A DNA stretch of 64,000 bases, taken from Nitrosomonadales bacterium. GTDB lineage: Bacteria; Pseudomonadota; Gammaproteobacteria; Burkholderiales; Gallionellaceae. Each line of letters starts with the position of its first letter. Positions within the stretch are counted from its first letter, which is position 1. Where the stretch lies: assembly GCA_025408405.1 (NCBI GenBank), contig JANYJE010000015.1, positions 1,573 to 65,572 on the forward strand, written 5' to 3'. Both the position numbers and the translations under genes were made by a program. The notes below the pieces were generated by a model. It made no database searches. It was not told the origin of the DNA and saw nothing but the letters and a program-made list of their open reading frames with translations. Shown here piece by piece: positions 34,292 to 43,960 of this stretch.

Positions 34292-34849
34292 TCATTTCCC
34301 GGAGCGCGCCAGCTCATCGAAAAATGTTTCGTGATCGAACTCCAGCCAGACGGTATTGTCTTTTGCATAACCATTACGCACATGCGCCTGCAGCTCGGCC
34401 GGCAATTGCGGCAAGCCGGGTAGGCGGTTCATGTCGAATAAGGGCTTGGGAAAATCATCGATCAGCAGGCCTACCGCTTTCTCACCCTGGTCAAATACCA
34501 GCACCAACTGCGCTGCTGAACCATCACGCGGCGGCAAATCGAACAGCCTGCGCAAATCAAATATCGGCACCAGATTGCTGCGCAAATTGACCAGGCCCAG
34601 CAGCCATGGAGCCGAGCCCGGCAGATCCCAGATATCAGGCTTGCGCAACACTTCACTCGAGCAACCCGGCTTGATCAGGAAACCCAGGGTAGCAACCCGG
34701 AATCCGTAGCGACCGCGCTTATCCTCTGCAGCTGCAGCCAGCATCATCCCTGCCGGAGGCTCAAACCGCTCAAGTGCCGCACCGGGCAGCAGCCACTCGT
34801 CTACTGCCATACCATCAGGGCCGGACTCGTGTGAACTGATTGCTTCCAT
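34292..34849 (-). CDS. pilI: CheW-like coupling protein (PilI-like)
   Basis: 185 aa with LGLVNLRSNLVPIFDLRRLF. It sits between the pilH and pilJ equivalents. Confidence 0.8.
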   Translation of the reverse strand: MEAISSHESGPDGMAVDEWLLPGAALERFEPPAGMMLAAAAEDKRGRYGFRVATLGFLIKPGCSSEVLRKPDIWDLPGSAPWLLGLVNLRSNLVPIFDLRRLFDLPPRDGSAAQLVLVFDQGEKAVGLLIDDFPKPLFDMNRLPGLPQLPAELQAHVRNGYAKDNTVWLEFDHETFFDELARSGK

Positions 34850-34868
34850 CGCGCTTGACGCCCGCTGT

Positions 34869-35234
34869 TCAGGTCAAGTTTTTCAATTGATCAACAATCT
34901 GATCCGCCGTGTAGGGCTTGGCCACATGCCCCTTGGCACCCTGCAGCTCACCCCACACCTTGTCCGCCTTCTGCGCCTTGCTGGTCACGAACACCACCGG
35001 AATTTCCTTGGTTGCGCCATCCAGTGACAACAGTCTGCATGCTTCATATCCATCCATGTCGGGCATGACCACATCCAGGAAAATAACTGAAGGCTTTTCG
35101 GATTTAGCCTTTTCAACCGCCTCCTTGCCGCTGCTCGCGGTCACCACCATGCAACCCGCATCACTTAAGATATTTTTGATATTAGCCAGATCCGCCGCGG
35201 AATCATCAACCACCAGAGCCTTCTTTGCTGCCAT
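34869..35234 (-). CDS. pilH: single-domain CheY-like response regulator (PilH-like)
   Basis: 121 aa with the receiver motifs VVDDS...FLDVVMPDMDG...VTSK...AKPY. Confidence 0.8.
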   Translation of the reverse strand: MAAKKALVVDDSAADLANIKNILSDAGCMVVTASSGKEAVEKAKSEKPSVIFLDVVMPDMDGYEACRLLSLDGATKEIPVVFVTSKAQKADKVWGELQGAKGHVAKPYTADQIVDQLKNLT

Positions 35235-35326
35235 GATAAATCTCCTTAAAATTTAGGTAATGCAATTGTCATGCAAAATTACGATTGATTTATTAATTCT
35301 TATGTGAACTCCATATGCTGCAACGG

Positions 35327-36145
35327 CTATACCTTATACACCTCCAGAACCTGCCTGAACTTTTCGTAATCAACCGGTTTGGTCAGATAGCTGTCGCACC
35401 CTGCCAATGACCCGCGCACGCGATCGAAAGGCGAAGATTTGCTGGTCAGCATCACCACGGGAGTCTGTTTGGCCTCTGGATTTTTTTTGATCACTTTGCA
35501 CACCTGATAACCATCCACACCGGGCAGAACCACATCCAGAAATATGATGTCGTAATAATTTTTTGCAACCAGCTCCAAGCCGGCCTCTCCGGTTTCAGCC
35601 GAGTCCACATAGATGTGATGATTGTACGACTTCAGTTCCAGCTCGAGCTGTTTGCGCACGGTAGGGCTATCGTCAACCACCAGAGCGCGGCGATATTGTG
35701 TACTGCCCATCGCCTGTGCGGGACTGACTGGCTCCGCCTTGTTTTTACCGGCAAATATTTTATTCTTGGGATCCTGGATTTGTAATTCGACCGCAATGTT
35801 ATCCAACAGGGCCAGGACCTTGGTCGGATTAAAGGGGCGAAAAAAATAATTTTCCGTGGAATACACCAGTGCCACATTGGTAATCAGCAACGGCACGGGC
35901 TCCTGATCTTTCCAGGCCATCGCCCGCCAGCTTGCCATCGCGCCCGCATCCTCCGCGTTAATAATGACCACATCGATATCGCTCAGGTCGGCGCCTTCAT
36001 TCAATTCGTAACTACCCTGCGGACGGTAAGTAGTCAGCTTCAGAATGGACTTGATAAGCCGCAATTCCTGATCATGGAGACCCAGAGTGCCAACCGAATA
36101 AACTTTGCCCTGTATCACAACCTTCCCCTCATGTTTATTGGTCAC
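35327..36145 (-). CDS. PilG-like response regulator with an N-terminal pseudo-receiver extension (paralogue 2)
   Basis: 272 aa. The C-terminal canonical receiver reads LVVDDSPTV...IIFLDVVLPGVDG...MLTSKSS...LTKPV. The N-terminal ~140 aa have a receiver-like beta/alpha pattern but no acidic pocket. Confidence 0.75.
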   Translation of the reverse strand: MTNKHEGKVVIQGKVYSVGTLGLHDQELRLIKSILKLTTYRPQGSYELNEGADLSDIDVVIINAEDAGAMASWRAMAWKDQEPVPLLITNVALVYSTENYFFRPFNPTKVLALLDNIAVELQIQDPKNKIFAGKNKAEPVSPAQAMGSTQYRRALVVDDSPTVRKQLELELKSYNHHIYVDSAETGEAGLELVAKNYYDIIFLDVVLPGVDGYQVCKVIKKNPEAKQTPVVMLTSKSSPFDRVRGSLAGCDSYLTKPVDYEKFRQVLEVYKV

Positions 36146-36543
36146 GCAACCAGCGCAGCAACTCCATAAATGAAACCATGCCCTGTTTCAGATTTTATTG
36201 CGTCGCTCTGTTGCGGAGCTGAACTGGCTCACCCAAGTCACGCAATTGCATAACTTTGGGTGAGCCATCGCTCAATTGGGTGCTTGCATATCGCTTTATT
36301 ATTTTTTTAACGATAAAGCAACCCACTCGTTATAGACATCAGGAAACCGCTCCAACCGCCCGCTAACATAGCATTTTTTTTCTGCCGCCAACAGATTTTG
36401 AAAGATTTATTATCGTTTGCCACCTTAAGGTTTATGACTATTGGCAATGACCTCACGCCACCCAGACTATTGCCCGGACCGACTAATGGCTGCCACCAGT
36501 AGCACGATATTCATTTAAACACATGTGGTTATGCGCTGCAGCC

Positions 36544-37374
36544 CTATACTTTATACTCTTCCAGAACTTGCATAAATTTTTCATAATCAACGGGTTTGGT
36601 CAGATAGCTATTACACCCTGCCAATGAGCCGCGCACGCGATCGAAGGGAGATGACTTGCTGGTTAGCATTACAACGGGTATCTGCTTGGCCGCAGGATTC
36701 TTTTTGATATTCTTGCACACTTGGTAGCCATCCGTGCCGGGCAGCACCACGTCCAGAAAAATGATGTCGTATGAGTTTTTTTCGAGCAGTTCCAGGCCTG
36801 CCTCTCCGGTTTCAGCAGTATCCACGTAGATATTGGACGCCTTCAGCTCCAGCTCGAGTTGCTTGAGTACGGTAGGACTATCGTCAACCACCAGGGCGCG
36901 ACGCAAGTTTGGCCGGCCCATTGCCGAGACGGTACTGCCCGGGGCGACACGGTCTGGCTCAGATTTATTTTTACCGGAAAATATTTGCTGCTCGGGATTC
37001 TGGATTTGCATTTCAACGACCAGGCGGTCCAGCAGCGCCAGCAACTTGATCGGACTCAAAGGGCGCAACAAGTGATAATTCCCGGTGGCAGACACCGGCG
37101 CCGATTTGCTAACCAGCACCGGCACCGGAGGCCCATCCCTGCCGGCCATAGTGCGCCAGCTTGCCATCGCGTCTGCATCATCCGCGTTGACAATGATCAC
37201 ATCGCTACTCCCCTGGTCTGCACCCGCATTCAATTCGTACCCGCCCTGGGGACGGTTGGCAGTCAGTTTCAACATGTTTTTGACCAGCCGCAATTCCTGC
37301 ACAGGCAGACCTAACATACCAACCAAATTGATTTTGCCCTGCTTCACAATCGCTCCTTGATGTTTTTTACGCAA
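36544..37374 (-). CDS. PilG-like response regulator with an N-terminal pseudo-receiver extension (paralogue 1)
   Basis: 276 aa. The receiver is nearly identical to that of 35327-36145, while the N-terminal domain is clearly more diverged. Confidence 0.75.
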   Translation of the reverse strand: MRKKHQGAIVKQGKINLVGMLGLPVQELRLVKNMLKLTANRPQGGYELNAGADQGSSDVIIVNADDADAMASWRTMAGRDGPPVPVLVSKSAPVSATGNYHLLRPLSPIKLLALLDRLVVEMQIQNPEQQIFSGKNKSEPDRVAPGSTVSAMGRPNLRRALVVDDSPTVLKQLELELKASNIYVDTAETGEAGLELLEKNSYDIIFLDVVLPGTDGYQVCKNIKKNPAAKQIPVVMLTSKSSPFDRVRGSLAGCNSYLTKPVDYEKFMQVLEEYKV

Positions 37375-37694
37375 CTAGCGCATCAATTTCATTAGATTGA
37401 AACTTAATGATGAGTACATTTTTTAAAGAGGGAACTGCAGGAAACCGAGAGGAGGGGCCAACGGCTTATCTAGCAATCCCGCCGCCATAGAATTTGTAGA
37501 TTCCTTAGACCGGTAACTTTGCGCCCCGGCCTTTCGGTCGGTTTGCCTTTATCAGATTTGATGCCATTTCAGCGCAGTCTGGCGGACTGACTGAAAATTT
37601 AGAGTCGATATCCTATACCTGAGTTTGCGTTTGTCAACAAAAAAACGCGGCAAGCACTTTGAAGAAGCCAGTGATTTCGTGATAAAGTCCACCC

Positions 37695-37865
37695 TGCTTC
37701 AAGGTGCCGAAGGCGCAAATGCCCTTCGGTTAAACGGGAAACAGGTGAAGAGCCTGTGCTGCCCCCGCAACGGTAAGCAAGTGTGGACGTGTCATTCAGC
37801 CACTGTGAGCAATCATGGGAAGGCGATGCGTTTAGTCTTGTGAGCCCGGATACCGGCCTTGAATC
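37695..37865 (+). promoter_or_regulatory. cobalamin (B12) riboswitch aptamer
   Basis: Conserved core strings are present: GGTGCC...AAACGGGAAACAGGTGAAGAGCCTGTGCTGCCCCCGCAACGGTAAG, CAGCCACTG...GGGAAGGC, and the B12-box-like AGCCCGGATACCGGCC. P1 can form between CTTCAAGG (37696-37703) and CCTTGAA (37857-37863). The element lies upstream of btuB. Confidence 0.85.
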
Positions 37866-38033
37866 AGGAACCTGGAACCACAGGTTTCACAGGTCAGGAA
37901 ATGCTGCGGGTGGCGCATGGATGGCAGGTGTTTGGCCGGTTCCCGGGCGCTCCTCCTCCCTAATAAGCCTGTCGCATTTCCTGTGTTTGCACGTTCCAAC
38001 GGGGCACCTTGGAACTCACTCAGGAAAATCTTA

Positions 38034-39848
38034 ATGCAACAGCAGAAACTTCTCGCCGCCATTTTGTGTGCGGTTACTCCCCTGGCTTATGCCGCAAATA
38101 ACGATGCACTCGATGAAATCGTGGTGACCGCCACGCGCATAGCGCAGCCGCTAGAACAGACGCTTTCCAGCACCAGCATTATCACCCGGGAGGACATCCA
38201 AAACTCTCAGGCTGCCGACGTGGCGACCGTTTTGCGTGGCGTAGCGGGCGTGGAACTTTCACAAAGTGGCGGCATGGGAAAAACCACTTCAATTTATTTG
38301 CGCGGCAGTGAGCCCACGCAGGTGCTGGTGTTGCTGGACGGCGTGCGCATCAATTCCGCCACCAACGGTACCACCTCTATTCAAGATTTAATGCTGGATC
38401 AAATCGAGCGCATCGAGGTCGTGCGCGGCAACGTCAGCAGCGTGTACGGCTCGGAAGCGATAGGTGGCGTGGTGCAGATTTTCACCAAGAAGGGACGCGG
38501 CGCGCCGCGTTTTAACGCCAGCGCCGGCGTGGGTAGTCTGGGCACGCAACGCGCGGCGGCGGGTTTTGGCGGGGCGGTGGATAACACCGATTTCAATCTG
38601 CAAGTCTCCTCATTCAAGACAGATGGCGTATCGGCGCTCAACCCGGCGCTAAAACCCAACGCCAATCCCAGTGCCGATGGCTATCGCAACAACAGCGTAT
38701 CAGCCAACGTCAGCCATGCCTTTAACACCGATCACAGCATGTCTGCCAGCATCTTCAACAGCCTGGGGGACAATCAGTACGACAACGCATTTGGCCTGGT
38801 AACGGATGTGAACAGCAATACGCAAAAACTCAACAAGGTTGCGATCGCTGCTGACGATCATTTCACCGACAGCTGGCTGAGCCACTTGCAATATGCCCAG
38901 GGTGTAGATGAGTATCATGATTATTTAAATGGCTTACCGAAAACCACCTCTTTATTCCGCACCACCAATCAACAGCTGACCTGGCAAAACACGCTGCAAC
39001 TGAGCAACACCGGACAGTTGTTGCTGGGCGCTGAGAATCTGGTGCAAAACGTGGATAGCGATGTGGCTTATGCAGTCACGCAAAGAACGGTAAACAGCCT
39101 GTTCGCGGGCTACACCGGCAACTACGGATCGCATCAGGTGCAGACCAATCTGCGCCAGGACCAGAACTCGCAATACGACACTGCCAACACCGGGCTGCTC
39201 GGTTACGGTTACGCGTTTGACGCAGCCTGGCGAGCTACCGCGAGTTACAGCACGGCATTCAGAGCGCCCACCTTTAATGCTTTATATTACCCTGGCTCCG
39301 GCAATGTAAATTTAAAACCGGAACAGGCACGCAATACCGAAGTGGGTCTACATTACGGCATGAAAAACCTGCATGTGGATGCTGTGTATTTTGATAATCG
39401 AACCCAGGATTTGATCGTTTGGGCTCCCCCTACTTACCTCCCTGCAAATATCAGCCAGGCACGCATTGATGGCGTGGAATTAAGTTATGCCGGGCAATTT
39501 GACGACACCGGAGTGAAAGCTACACTGACCTCGCAACATGCGCGTGACGAAAACACTGGCAAAACATTGGATCGCCGCGCCAAATTCCACAGCAGTCTGG
39601 CGCTAACGCAAAAATTCGGCACCTGGCAAGTGGGCGGCGAATGGCTGAACAGCGACGAGCGTATGGACGGCACCAACACACTGGGGGGTTACAACGTACT
39701 CAATCTGACGGCGGCTTATGCGCTCAACAAGGAGTTGAAACTGGCTTTGCGCGCGGACAATCTGACCGACCAGAATGATGCCACAACGTATGGCTACAAC
39801 CCGCTGGGGCGTACCTTGTTTGTCAGCCTGAGTTACCAGCAGCAATAA
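38034..39848 (+). CDS. btuB: TonB-dependent outer-membrane vitamin B12/corrinoid receptor
   Basis: It has a signal peptide (AVTPLAYA), a TonB box (DEIVVTATR), a plug, a 22-strand-type barrel and a C-terminal aromatic-rich end. An AGGAAA SD precedes the ATG at 38034. The track start at 37917 would lie inside the riboswitch expression platform. Confidence 0.9.
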   Translation: MQQQKLLAAILCAVTPLAYAANNDALDEIVVTATRIAQPLEQTLSSTSIITREDIQNSQAADVATVLRGVAGVELSQSGGMGKTTSIYLRGSEPTQVLVLLDGVRINSATNGTTSIQDLMLDQIERIEVVRGNVSSVYGSEAIGGVVQIFTKKGRGAPRFNASAGVGSLGTQRAAAGFGGAVDNTDFNLQVSSFKTDGVSALNPALKPNANPSADGYRNNSVSANVSHAFNTDHSMSASIFNSLGDNQYDNAFGLVTDVNSNTQKLNKVAIAADDHFTDSWLSHLQYAQGVDEYHDYLNGLPKTTSLFRTTNQQLTWQNTLQLSNTGQLLLGAENLVQNVDSDVAYAVTQRTVNSLFAGYTGNYGSHQVQTNLRQDQNSQYDTANTGLLGYGYAFDAAWRATASYSTAFRAPTFNALYYPGSGNVNLKPEQARNTEVGLHYGMKNLHVDAVYFDNRTQDLIVWAPPTYLPANISQARIDGVELSYAGQFDDTGVKATLTSQHARDENTGKTLDRRAKFHSSLALTQKFGTWQVGGEWLNSDERMDGTNTLGGYNVLNLTAAYALNKELKLALRADNLTDQNDATTYGYNPLGRTLFVSLSYQQQ

Positions 39849-39930
39849 GACTAGCGCGGGGACTGCTTGCTGCCCCCGCTTTTCTGCTAAAGTTCCTGTC
39901 TGTTCACACTGCTCTCGAAAGGAGTAACAC

Positions 39931-40509
39931 ATGCAACTTCCACTCAAACCAATCGGCATCTTTGCCGTCCTGGCGCTGCTCATGGCGGGAACACGCTACA
40001 ACCATTTCGGTTCCTCCGTTGCCTTGCCCGATGCCACTTTGGCGGCATTTTTACTGGCCGGATTTTATCTGGCGCGCTGGCGCTGGCCCGCGCTGCTGGC
40101 ATTTGCCTTTTTGCTGCTGGAGGCAGGAGCTATCGATTACTACGCCACCGCCGTCAAAGGGGTGTCCGACTGGTGCGTCACCCCCGCTTACTGGTTTCTG
40201 ATTCCGACCTACGCGGTGATGATGCTGGCGGGGCGCTGGTTCGCCGCGCGCGAGCAAAAAAGCTGGGGTAGCCTGGTCGTGTTCGGCGTAGCTTCATTCA
40301 TCTCCACCAGCATCGCTTTCCTGATCTCCAACGCCAGCTTCTACCTGTTTTCCGGGCGCTTCCCAGATATGGGCGTGGGCGAATATGCCGCACGCGTGGC
40401 ACAGTATTACCCACCGTATGTCAGCAGCGCCCTGATCTATCTGGCCATTGCCGCCTGCGTGCATATCATGCTGACCAGACTGGAACCCCCCACTTCAACC
40501 CAGCACTAA
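39931..40509 (+). CDS. small 6-TM membrane protein, candidate BtuM-like solitary S-component (corrinoid uptake)
   Basis: 192 aa and about 6 hydrophobic helices. It lies between btuB and cobO, and its stop abuts the cobO ATG. Cys82 sits in the string VSDWCVTP. The family call is from memory and context only. Confidence 0.45.
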   Translation: MQLPLKPIGIFAVLALLMAGTRYNHFGSSVALPDATLAAFLLAGFYLARWRWPALLAFAFLLLEAGAIDYYATAVKGVSDWCVTPAYWFLIPTYAVMMLAGRWFAAREQKSWGSLVVFGVASFISTSIAFLISNASFYLFSGRFPDMGVGEYAARVAQYYPPYVSSALIYLAIAACVHIMLTRLEPPTSTQH

Positions 40510-41109
40510 ATGGCGGATAGTCCTGAGCTGCATCAGGCGCGCATGGCGCGCAAAAAAACCGTGGTCGATGCAGGCATTGCCCGGGCTAGCATCGAGCGCG
40601 GTGTCGTCATCGTCAATACCGGCAATGGCAAAGGCAAGAGTACAGCCGGCTTCGGCATGATCGCGCGCGCGCTCGGTCACGGCATGCGGGTGGGCGTGGT
40701 GCAATTCATCAAGGGCAGCTCCGCTACAGGCGAGGAGGCCTTCTTCCGCCGCTTCGACAAGGTCAGCTATCACGTCATGGGCGAGGGCCTTACCTGGGAG
40801 ACTCAGGACAAGGAACGCGACATTGCTGGAGCAAAAGCCGCATGGCACAAGGCGTGCGAGCTGTTGCGCGACCCGGCTGTTGCGGTCGTCTTGCTGGACG
40901 AACTCAACATTGCGCTCAAGCTGCACTATGTAGCGACAGATGAAGTCATCGCCGCCTTGCGCGCCCGCCCGTTGCAACAGCACGTGGTCATCACCGGGCG
41001 CGGCGCACCCGCAGCGCTGATCGAATACGCCGACACGGTCACCGAAATGAAGCTCGTCAAGCATGCCTATCACGCAGGCGGGAAGGCGCAAAACGGTGTC
41101 GAGTGGTGA
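40510..41109 (+). CDS. cobO: cob(I)yrinic acid a,c-diamide (corrinoid) adenosyltransferase (CobO/BtuR/CobA)
   Basis: 199 aa with the P-loop GNGKGKSTAG and the strings DELN and GRGAP. Confidence 0.9.
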   Translation: MADSPELHQARMARKKTVVDAGIARASIERGVVIVNTGNGKGKSTAGFGMIARALGHGMRVGVVQFIKGSSATGEEAFFRRFDKVSYHVMGEGLTWETQDKERDIAGAKAAWHKACELLRDPAVAVVLLDELNIALKLHYVATDEVIAALRARPLQQHVVITGRGAPAALIEYADTVTEMKLVKHAYHAGGKAQNGVEW

Positions 41110-42395
41110 GCTCGCGCCAGTGCCGCGCATTGCTAATTAGCGCCGCCGCCTCCAATCAGGGAAAAACCACCGTCACCGCGGCGCTCGCACGTTACTTCTC
41201 CCAGCAAGGCCTGCGTGTACGCGTGTTCAAGAGCGGCCCTGATTTCATTGACCCGATGCTCTTGCAGCAGGCCTCAGGACATGCGGTGTACCAGCTGGAT
41301 TTATGGATGGGCAGCGTCGAGCATGTCCGTGCGCTGTTATATCAGGCCGCTGGCGAAGCGGATCTGATTCTGGTGGAAGGCGTGATGGGCCTGTTTGATG
41401 GCCAGCCATGCAGTGCCGATATAAGCCAGACCTTTGGCATTCCGGTATTGGCGGTGATCGATGCTTCCGCGATGGCGCAAACTTTTGGCGCCATCGCGCA
41501 CGGCTTGCAGTCTTATCGCGACAAGCTGCCCTTTGCCGGCGTCATCGCCAATCGCGTGGGCAGTGCGCGTCACGCCGCCATGCTGCTGCCGGACAACAGC
41601 AACATGCGTCTTTACGCAACCCTGCCCGGCAATGCCGCTTACAGCCTGCCGAGCCGGCATTTGGGACTGTTGCAGGCAAGTGAAGTGGCGGACATTGAAA
41701 CACGGCTGGATGCTGCCGCCACGGCCTTGCAGTGGCTACACCAGGATGTTCCCGTGGTCGAATTCGCCGCCCCCGCAACGGCACTGCCGCTTGCCCGAAA
41801 ACTGGCGGGCGTGCGCATTGCCGTTGCGCGCGATGCCGCATTTTCTTTTTTATACCAGGCCAACCTGGATTGCCTGCGCGAGCTGGGAGCGGAGCTGGTT
41901 TTCTTTTCGCCCTTGCACGATGCCGCCTTGCCGCAGGGTACGGATAGCGTTTACCTGCCTGGCGGCTACCCGGAATTGCACCTGTCGACCCTGCAAAACA
42001 ACGCTTCGATGCGCGCCGCGTTGTATGCACATTATCACGCCGACAAACCCATGCTGGCGGAGTGCGGAGGCATGTTGTATCTGCTCGACAGCTTGACCGA
42101 CCAGCATGGCGCACGCGGCGAGATGCTGGGGATATTGCCGGGCCATGCCACGATGCAGCAGACCCTTGCGGCCCTGGCGCTGCAAGGCGTGGAATTGGCG
42201 CAAGGCGAGTTGCGCGGGCACAGCTTTCATTATTCAACCTCGGATTTTTCACTCGCGCCCGTTGCACACGGCACCTGCCCGAATGGCGGAGCTCTGGGTG
42301 AAGGCGTGTATCAGCCCAGGCGCCTCAGCGCCAGTTACATTCATTTTTACTTCCCATCCAACCCGGCTGCTTGCGCGCAATTGTTTTTACCTTGA
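41103..42395 (+). CDS. cbiA: cobyrinate a,c-diamide synthase (CbiA/CobB)
   Basis: 430 aa. It has an N-terminal ATPase (AAASNQGKTTVTAAL) and a C-terminal GATase with AECGGMLYL. The start is a GTG that overlaps the cobO stop. Confidence 0.9.
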   Translation: MVSSRQCRALLISAAASNQGKTTVTAALARYFSQQGLRVRVFKSGPDFIDPMLLQQASGHAVYQLDLWMGSVEHVRALLYQAAGEADLILVEGVMGLFDGQPCSADISQTFGIPVLAVIDASAMAQTFGAIAHGLQSYRDKLPFAGVIANRVGSARHAAMLLPDNSNMRLYATLPGNAAYSLPSRHLGLLQASEVADIETRLDAAATALQWLHQDVPVVEFAAPATALPLARKLAGVRIAVARDAAFSFLYQANLDCLRELGAELVFFSPLHDAALPQGTDSVYLPGGYPELHLSTLQNNASMRAALYAHYHADKPMLAECGGMLYLLDSLTDQHGARGEMLGILPGHATMQQTLAALALQGVELAQGELRGHSFHYSTSDFSLAPVAHGTCPNGGALGEGVYQPRRLSASYIHFYFPSNPAACAQLFLP

Positions 42396-42401
42396 GCGTC
42401 C

Positions 42402-43058
42402 ATGATGAACGAAGCTGAATCTTTTTCAGAGCAGGAGCGTGCAACGCTGTATCGCGTAGTGCAGGCACGCCGCGACATGCGTCATTTCCTGCCCGCAACC
42501 ACGATACCGGCCGACGTGCTGCACCGCATGCTGGCTGCGGCGCACAGCGCACCCTCGGTGGGCCTGATGCAGCCCTGGCGTTTTATCCGCATAGCCGATA
42601 CCAATTTGCGCCACCAAATCGCCGCGCTGGTGGAAAGCGAGCGTTTGGCTACGGCGCAAGCACTGGGCGAGCGCGACGATGAATTCATGCGCATCAAAGT
42701 CGAGGGTCTGCGCGAGTGCGCCGAGTTGCTGGCGGTAGTGCTGGCGCCCGACGACGGCACTGTGTTCGGGCGCCGCACCATGCCGCAGGAAATGGCGCTG
42801 TGCTCCGCCGCCTGTGCAATCCAGAACCTGTGGCTGGCGGCGCGCGCGGAGAATCTCGGCATGGGCTGGGTGTCGCTGTTCGACCCGGTCAAGCTCGGCC
42901 AACTCCTCGGCTGCCCGATTGAAGCCAAGCCGATCGCGCTGCTTTGCCTGGGGCCGGTAAAGGAATTTTATGCACGCCCCATGCTGGAACAACTCAATTG
43001 GCGCCAGGGCAGGCAGCTGGTGCTGATGCGTGATCAGTGGAGCGAGGGCACATGTTGA
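42402..43058 (+). CDS. bluB: 5,6-dimethylbenzimidazole synthase (O2-dependent)
   Basis: 218-aa nitroreductase fold with RRDMRHF...[12 protein letters not shown]. Confidence 0.9.
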   Translation: MMNEAESFSEQERATLYRVVQARRDMRHFLPATTIPADVLHRMLAAAHSAPSVGLMQPWRFIRIADTNLRHQIAALVESERLATAQALGERDDEFMRIKVEGLRECAELLAVVLAPDDGTVFGRRTMPQEMALCSAACAIQNLWLAARAENLGMGWVSLFDPVKLGQLLGCPIEAKPIALLCLGPVKEFYARPMLEQLNWRQGRQLVLMRDQWSEGTC

Positions 43059-43960
43059 ACACGGCCCTGCTGATGCTGTGCGCGCTGTTGCTGGATCGCT
43101 TGCTGGGCGAGCCGCACAGCTGGCATCCGCTGGTCGGTTTCGGGCGTTACGCCGCCTGGCTGGAGCGACACCTGAATGCCGGTGGGGGGCGCAGGCTGCG
43201 CGGTGTACTGGCCTGGCTGCTGACCATCGCCCCCGTCACAGCCCTGGCGATTTTTCTCTGGCAGCAGCCTGTGTTGCGTCCCTGGATCAGCGTGCTGGTT
43301 TTATATTTCGCCCTTGGCCAGCAAAGCCTGTGCGAGCATGCAAACCGTATCCAGACAGCCTTGCAGGCGGATGACCTGAACGCGGCACGGCTGCGTGTGG
43401 GAGAGATCGTCAGCCGCGATACGGCAGCGATGCAGACAGAAGACGTGGCGCGCGCCGGAGTCGAGTCGGTGCTGGAGAACGGCTGCGATGCGGTGTTCGG
43501 CGCGCTGTTCTGGTTTGCGCTGCTGGGCGCGCCCGGTGCGCTGCTGTACCGGCTGGCCAACACACTGGATGCGATGTGGGGTTATCGTACGCCGCGCTTC
43601 TTATATTTCGGTTGGGCCGCTGCGCGGCTCGACGACGCGCTGAATTACCTTCCGGCGCGCCTGACAGCACTTACTTATGCGCTGCTTGGGCATACGCGCC
43701 CAGCCTTGCAATGCTGGCAGCAGCAGGCGCCGCTGTGGGACAGCCCCAACGCGGGCCCGGTAATGGCCAGCGGCGCGGGTAGCCTGTGCGTGCAACTCGG
43801 AGGAGCCGCGCAATATCACGGAACCATCGAACAGAGACCGACGCTAGGTAGCGGCAATGTTCCGCAAGCGGCCGACATAGGCCGTGCATTGCAGCTGGTG
43901 CAGCGCGGCGTGTGGCTGTGGCTGGCTGCACTGATGATACTGGGGGCATGTCTTGCTTGA
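43052..43960 (+). CDS. cbiB: adenosylcobinamide-phosphate synthase (CbiB; CobD in the P. denitrificans nomenclature)
   Basis: Membrane protein with [19 protein letters not shown]...MWGYR...PNAG. The start is set at MLNTALL. Confidence 0.9.
   Translation: MLNTALLMLCALLLDRLLGEPHSWHPLVGFGRYAAWLERHLNAGGGRRLRGVLAWLLTIAPVTALAIFLWQQPVLRPWISVLVLYFALGQQSLCEHANRIQTALQADDLNAARLRVGEIVSRDTAAMQTEDVARAGVESVLENGCDAVFGALFWFALLGAPGALLYRLANTLDAMWGYRTPRFLYFGWAAARLDDALNYLPARLTALTYALLGHTRPALQCWQQQAPLWDSPNAGPVMASGAGSLCVQLGGAAQYHGTIEQRPTLGSGNVPQAADIGRALQLVQRGVWLWLAALMILGACLA

Noticed and set aside
36146-36543. Possible small gene or terminator in the 398-bp gap between the PilG paralogues
   Set aside because: Only ORFs of 10 codons or fewer occur on the relevant strand, and the hairpins lack U-tracts. 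I kept only the shared hairpin motif as a finding.
37917-38033. Upstream start for btuB (track ORF from 37917)
   Set aside because: It would place coding sequence within the riboswitch expression platform. The signal peptide and SD fit the ATG at 38034.
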